Shown here: in pieces, positions 22,633-28,258 of the stretch
Position numbering within the stretch: position 1 is the stretch's first letter
How the letters are laid out: the number at the start of each line of letters is the position of its first letter
From: Macrostomum lignano
Taxonomy: Eukaryota
DNA length: 28,258 nucleotides
Assembly: GCA_002269645.1 (NCBI GenBank)
Contig: NIVC01005029.1
Location: 1-28,258 of the forward strand
Reading direction: 5' to 3'
Notes under the pieces: generated by a model
What the model was told of the DNA's origin: nothing
Database searches by the model: none
Seen by the model: the letters and a program-made list of their open reading frames with translations, nothing else
Translations under genes and position numbers: made by a program

Positions 22633-23356
22633 CAACATTTTAGTGTGGTGGATGGACTCCAGCACTAGGCCTATTGCTCATCATTGCAGCACTCAAGTCA
22701 AAGTTTTGCATTTTTGGGCTTCCAATATCAACTAGAGCGATAGTCTCAATTGGAGGCCATGGAAAGCAATCTCAAGCATGCTGGTAGAGCCTGGTGCCAA
22801 CCTTGGAAAGAATTTGGAGCCCACCTGATTGTTAATCATTTTTCATCTGGCAGCTGCAACTGAGCATTGGAAATGGAATTCACTATATCTATAACTGGCC
22901 AGCGGGAACTGCACACTGAGAAGCAATGCCCATGTCCTTCACCCCACATAACATTGAGGTCTCACTTTAGTGGTCTTAGCGATGTAGGATGCGATCTTCA
23001 TAGACATGCCATTGAACCTGATCTGCTATGCCACATCTCAAGAAAGCTGACTAATGTTTTAAGGGTATAGTGCGGCAAGACTGAGTCTGATAGATAGTCC
23101 AATTTCAGCCACTGTAGGCCGACTGTGCAAAATTAATTGAAGCAAATAAGCTTCATGGTACTTGCTAATTTGCCAATTTTTTCTCTTTTTAAATACTGAT
23201 ATCTGCTTTTCTGTTTAGTTTAGCTACAAGTTGCGCAGCCATTGGAGCTAAGGCCGCCCACGCATTGCCTGGATGTAGTGCTCCTCACTAACCCCGTGCA
23301 TAAAACTCCACATGGCCATGACAATCCAACTGCACTGTTAGTTCCACAAAAAAATT
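22633..23356 (-). pseudogene. Two decayed, phase-compatible exons (23197-23356 and 22633-23122) of an unidentified spliced gene, interrupted upstream by MITE copy 3
   Basis: 74-nt intron 23196-23123 (ATCA|GTATTT...TTGCACAG|TC). The 490-nt exon reads GLQWLKLDYLSDSVLPHYTLKTLVSFLEMWHSRSGSMACL* onward in one frame, with 6 TGA, 2 TAG and no TAA. A further exon may start at 22416 (KFTHLLKSNVMKTLWCQERHF...). Confidence 0.5.
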
Positions 23357-23364
23357 CTATGCCG

Positions 23365-23534
23365 CATACATGCGCAACCTGGGGAATCACTCGGCCGTTT
23401 CTATTGGCAACACACATGTAAGTCGCTATTGGCTGAGAATAGTCACGTGACTACTATTCCATCCAATAGCAACTTACATGTGTGTGTTGCCAATAGAAAC
23501 GGCCGGGTGAATCCCTAGGTTGCGCCCAGGCATG
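23365..23534. mobile_element. Hairpin MITE copy 3
   Basis: TSD CTATGCCG (23357-23364) and CTATGCCT (23535-23542), 7 of 8 matching. Confidence 0.9.
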
Positions 23535-24054
23535 CTATGCCTGGTAAACACTTAACACTACACTGCTGGTTATTATACTCATATTTCGACCTCCAAATTA
23601 AGCCAAGCCTTTACAGTATTTAAATTTACTTTTCTGATTTACTTTTGATTTACTTCATAGATACAAGTACCATGTCATACAAAATATTTACTCAATTTTG
23701 CCCTTGCAGTTGCATATTATGAGCTGTGCATCTTTGTGCCTGGTTTATTTTTCCATTTCTGAAACATCAAACATTGCAAAAAACCAATTCAAAAACAAAG
23801 AACATTTTCTATTTTCTACATCAGTATGTATAAAGAATGTATCTATACATTGCTCTTTTAATGTTTCAATGCACTGTATATATATTATAAATTACATCTT
23901 ACATTCTTTGCAAGTCAAAACAGTTGAAAGTTCACATTTCAGATCTGTGAAACAAAATAAAATTCATTTGAAATGAAAAAAAGTCTTGTCTTTTTTATTT
24001 ACTAAGGTGAAAGAGAAGTTATTAACTTTGAGTTATTTATAAGAAAGACATCAC

Positions 24055-24434
24055 CAGCAAAAATTAAGGTAGTGCCAATGAGTCTTGAAGTGCTAGTGTC
24101 AGCCAGCAAGCAGTTAAAGAACTGCAGTTGCTCATCTTGAATGCAGTGCACAGTAGAATAGCCTCAAAGCTTGATGTTGTCTGGTTACTAGAGCACAGCA
24201 ATCTTCTGTATGTTGACAACCAAACCAATTGCCAGCACAAAACCAACCAGCCTGCCTAGCTTTTTGGGTGGCAGGCTAGGTCACTGAGTTGTGACAAGTG
24301 AGCAGGACATGGAATGCCATAATGCAATCATTAGGTTGATCAAACATGAAGCATTGGCCAATACACAGCTAGTAGATAAGCTCAGAATGTAGGCTGAAAA
24401 TCAGGCAGTGGCAATTGAGGCTTGTTGCTGGCAG
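24055..24434 (-). pseudogene. Decayed exon resembling TM3-ICL2-TM4 of a class A (peptide-receptor/Srw-like) GPCR
   Basis: Acceptor TTTTGTTTCAG. Reads AYILSLSTSCVLANASCLINLMIALWHSMSCSLVTTQ*PSLPPKKLGRLVGFVLAIGLVVNIQKIAVL**. Ser lies 11 residues before the WH (=WR, CGT>CAT) position, as for S3.39/R3.50. Five in-frame stops. Confidence 0.4.
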
Positions 24435-25569
24435 CTGAAACAAAATATGTTGAAATATAAAGAATTTAATTGTTCAGGGTTAATGCAAAAATAAATATTA
24501 TCAAAGGTTGTCAATTGTATTTTAATATATAAGTCAACATAAAAAAAAAGCTAATACATAAGCAAAAGGTACAAAAATTCAATTAGAAGTTTTACTACTA
24601 TATGATGTAAATTTTTAGCTAAAAAAGTAATTTAAACTTAAAATAGTACACATATAAAACTATTTTAACAAATTCCTTTTTCTTAAACTATTATTTAACA
24701 TTTACCTTTTCTAACGACTACTAATCTATTTATTTTGTTAATTATTAATGCAAATATATTTCTTATTAACACATTTTAACCTATAAAACTTGCAATTTAA
24801 TAATAATAATAATAATAATATTAAAAGTTAAATACTAAAAAAATCTAGAATATTTCTTATAGATAGGCCTACTTAGTAAAAATGGTTAGAGCTTGTTTTT
24901 GTGCCTAGGTCTATATGACTATATTCTTGCTCCTATATATGCAGGTCTAGCTTAAAAAACTGATAGCTTTCTAAAGACTTGAGGCCTAGGTAAAACAAGA
25001 AAAATGAAAATGGTGGGGGCATATTGTAAATATTGTCCTTATATATTTAACTACATAGACAGGTCTATTAGTATAGTTACTACATTGAAATGGAATTATA
25101 CCTACAATAATGGCTTAATAGTACCGTAATGCAGCATTTTTATTGCAAATATACTTGATTTTAAAAAGGAAAAATACAAAGTTCGGCTAATGCCACTTGT
25201 GAGTATTTTGCAACTTGGGGCTTATGAAATAAAAAGAAAATAATATGAAGATGAAACTTTCAAGACACAACTACATTAAAATATAATAGAGTAACATGTT
25301 GTGCGTGCTAAATAAAAAGAATGGTTATCTTAGCTGCCTTAGATCAAATGCAATCATTGATTTTGTGATGAAAAAATGATTTGCTCCTATCTCCGCAGTG
25401 TATTTTTTCCAGGAAATCGTCCTCCTAAAAATTTACACGATCTTTGAGTTTTACGTCCTGCTAGTCTAGAAGTCCTTGCTCCTAATTACTCTTGCGGCAC
25501 TCTGAGGCACCGCGCCCTGTGGCATTGTCTCAACGCCTTACTGGCTGAAAATGTGAAAGGCTTTTAATT

Positions 25570-25890
25570 GTTGTTTAAGTCAGCCCGATCACTCTGAAGC
25601 TCTGGCTTGAAATTGAGGCATTGTCATGGCTTCAACGCTTGAAATTGTTGTTTCTTCTCCAAGGTGTACAGGATGACATGCAGCGTCACAGGGCCAAATA
25701 TTGCGGCAGCAACGCCAATTACAAGAAACTACTGCATGGAAATTTAATGTTTCAGCCATGCTTTCAAGCAGCTGCGAGCGCGCTACTGTACATGCAGCTG
25801 TGACTGCAGTTCAGACTTATGGCAGCGACTCTCTGGAAGGAGCTGGTGCCAATCCGACGGGTGGGTCAGGGCGTCGACATGCATGGGTTT
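25570..25890 (-). pseudogene. Decayed exon-like segment with one hydrophobic helix; weak resemblance to the tetraspanin large loop plus TM4
   Basis: Reads LTHPSDWHQLLPESRC...RSCLKAWLKH*ISMQ*FLVIGVAAAIFGPVTLHVILYTL. The stops are all one C>T change from Gln or Arg codons. The CCG motif is not seen, and + strand frames are also semi-open. Confidence 0.25.
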
Positions 25891-26994
25891 ATTAGTGATG
25901 GGGGGACGTGCCACAAATTGCATAAGGTTAGCCAAAAATGATCTACATGTACATGTACACATGTAAATTACTATAAATTCTTGCATATAATTTACATGTA
26001 CACTTTTTCAGAATCGCAGTGTTGTCACTTGAATAGCAATTGTTTAGTGTCGCAGACAGATCTAGGCGCTATTTTGTCGCCCTGAAGCAATCATCACCGC
26101 GGTCACACAAATATGTGGGGTACGTGGGCCGTAGTCAACTTTCAACTTTTCTTGTTTATTTTTTCAGCATCAAACCGTCCAGGCCAACCCTTAATAAATT
26201 TCTGGGTGCGCCACTGGGTGTAAAGTGGAAACTAAGGAACGGCGGAGCGAAGGACGTGCAGTGGAATTTTTGATTGTATAATACTTGGAGCTAAATAAAC
26301 CTCCCAAGTTCGGCAAAAATTATGATTTTTTACTTAATATTTTAATACTTCTGCAAAATTGTCAATAAATTTTAATTTCAATAACTACTTTACGATTCAT
26401 TAGTAGAAATGTTTGTATAAGATTTTGTTTTAACTGGTATATTTGCATTTAAATTTGCTTCTCAACAACAGATTTTTTGTCATGAAGTCTAGCTAGCGTT
26501 ATGCGCTGAGGGGCAGAGACGATAAATTCTCATAGTAATACAGCTTCAATACAGGGTATAGTATATGCGCTGAGTGTTGGGTCAGGACGATTATTCCTAC
26601 AGCTTCAGCAGTCAGTTAAGCTTGTGTCCATTGAATGCTATCATTTTATTAGGATTTATAAAATGCACCATCAAGATGTATGCAGATTTTCTTTTAACAT
26701 AGGTAAGTGCAAATATAATCCATTCAAATTCAAAATAGCAACTGTCTACTGTTTTTTGTCTAAATTTATATGACTAGGCCTAAGCTTAACCAGGCTCTAG
26801 GCATTAAGAGAACCAGTACAGTAGAGTAGGTTTAAATTTTCAAGTTAAAAGCTATAAATTGCTCATTGATAGGTTCCAGTTCCTATGGTTCTTTTCAGAA
26901 AATTGAAATAAAGCCTATCAACATCCACATAAATGCATGGCAATAATTTCCAATTTAATCTACCTGGTATGTCCGTGTGGTCATAATTTGTAAT

Positions 26995-27614
26995 GGAAGT
27001 GCTTCTCCCCACAGTCCCATGCCAATTGCAATAATTCCAATTTTATCCACACGGATCCATGTCAATAATTTCCAGCTTATCCCCATGGTAGCTTATTGAA
27101 ATAGCTGCCACCATTCAAGTCTATAGGCCGTGTCAATAATTCCAATTTTATCCATATAGATCTGTGTCAATAATTTCCAGCTAATCCCCATAGCAGCTAA
27201 TTAGAATAAAGAACCTTAAAATGAATCTGTTCAAAAACTGTCTTTTTGTTTTTATTGTTTTACAAATCTTCCAAATAAACTACATATATATTGAATAGTA
27301 TCAAGTACTTTGTTAAAACTTTTTGTCATTAAAAGGGTTAATTTTAAATATTTGCATGGCTGCTAGCTTTAATTAAAACAACCAAATGACCCAAAGATCA
27401 AAGTAAATGAGACTTGCAAAATCTAACTTTCAATATATAATAAGAATGATAATAGTACTAATAATAATAACAATATTGATTTAATGTCAGTACACAAAAC
27501 TAAACATAAACAACTGCACAATCTTAGCCATCGAAATAAGCTAAAAATTATTGACATGGATCCGTGTGGGTAAAATTTGAATTATTGGCATGGACCATGG
27601 GGATAAGCACTTCC
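26995..27614. mobile_element. Older non-autonomous TIR element related to the 5979-6642 family
   Basis: TIR GGAAGTGCTT(C/A)TCCCCA... versus GGCAGTGCTTATCCCCA. Subterminal CAATAATT..TTATCC repeats. Decayed 9-bp TSD ATTTGTAAT / ACTTATAAT (7 of 9, both differences transitions). Confidence 0.7.
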
Positions 27615-28258
27615 ACTTATAATATTTATTTTGGAATATTTTGTATGTAATAAAGTCTATTGGCACATATTAGCATACATGAGCTTATGAGCTAAAGAAG
27701 CAATTTTCATTCCAGCATACACTAGTACATGATCTTGACCCTGGCCCCTAGCAAACTTAAAAATTTACACTTCTCTAATGTGTACCAAGAAAAGACAATT
27801 ATAAAATAATACTTTAAATACTTTTTATTTGCTAAAATTGATTTAAAAAAGGCAAAAACCAAAAATCAGGTGCAAGTTTTATGAAAACCCTTTATTAGCA
27901 ATTTGAAAGCAATAAAAGTATAAAATTAAATTATTTGAATTTTTTAAATTTAGAAACATTTATAAAAGCATAATTATTTCACATATAGATTTATTTTTAA
28001 TAAAATTATTTGTTAAAATGGTAAATTAAATTACGACTAATATGTCTCTAATAAAAATGATAGAAAATCTAATAATATATTTATTAACTTCAAGTATCTT
28101 ATAATAGTAGATTCTATAATGCTACAACATATTTAATATTCTTTTCAAGGGTTTATTTGTTTATCACTTGTTATTATTGACAATGTAATTTCATTGGTAT
28201 TGTTGCTTAATAAGCATACAGTAAGCATCTAATTTGGAAGCCAGGTAACACATTAGAA

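Larger units (their letters stand above)
20621..25478. mobile_element. 4.9-kb TIR element with ~524-bp TIRs (20621-21144 and 24955-25478), CAAGG..CCTTG ends, 8-bp TSD; P-superfamily-like, non-autonomous
   Basis: TSD CTCCTAAT at 20613-20620 and 25479-25486. I found no mismatches by eye in the TIR stretches compared. CA-ends with an 8-bp TSD fit P-type elements (established knowledge). No transposase recognised. Confidence 0.88.

Noticed and set aside
26500-26612. Degenerate two-copy direct repeat (TATGCGCTGAG..GACGAT..TACAGCTTCA)
   Set aside because: Only two gapped copies, with no boundaries or function inferable.

Overview
Eukaryotic, invertebrate-like genomic DNA: AT-rich introns and intergenic DNA, GC-rich exons, GT-AG introns. 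The style is reminiscent of a free-living flatworm such as Macrostomum, but that is inference only. The left end holds three exons of a minus-strand BTB-BACK (Kelch-like family) gene. Each of its introns carries a different minisatellite, and exon 3 has two apparent -1 frameshifts at GGG runs. The centre is a four-level nest. A 9-bp-TSD TIR element (8094-16785) contains a CAT..ATG TIR element (9498-16675). That contains a 6.5-kb foldback element (9886-16377, 8-bp TSD) whose arms are inverted arrays of a 177-bp satellite. A 5'-truncated RTE-like LINE sits at the point where the two arms meet. The right part holds a small HSP20-like ORF, a purine-rich minisatellite and three copies of a ~175-bp hairpin MITE, one with a flipped central loop. 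It also holds a 4.9-kb element with ~524-bp near-identical TIRs enclosing decayed host-like exons (one GPCR-like), plus further MITEs. I recognised no intact transposase, RNA gene or CRISPR array. All coordinates, TSDs and alignments were read by eye; no database search was run.
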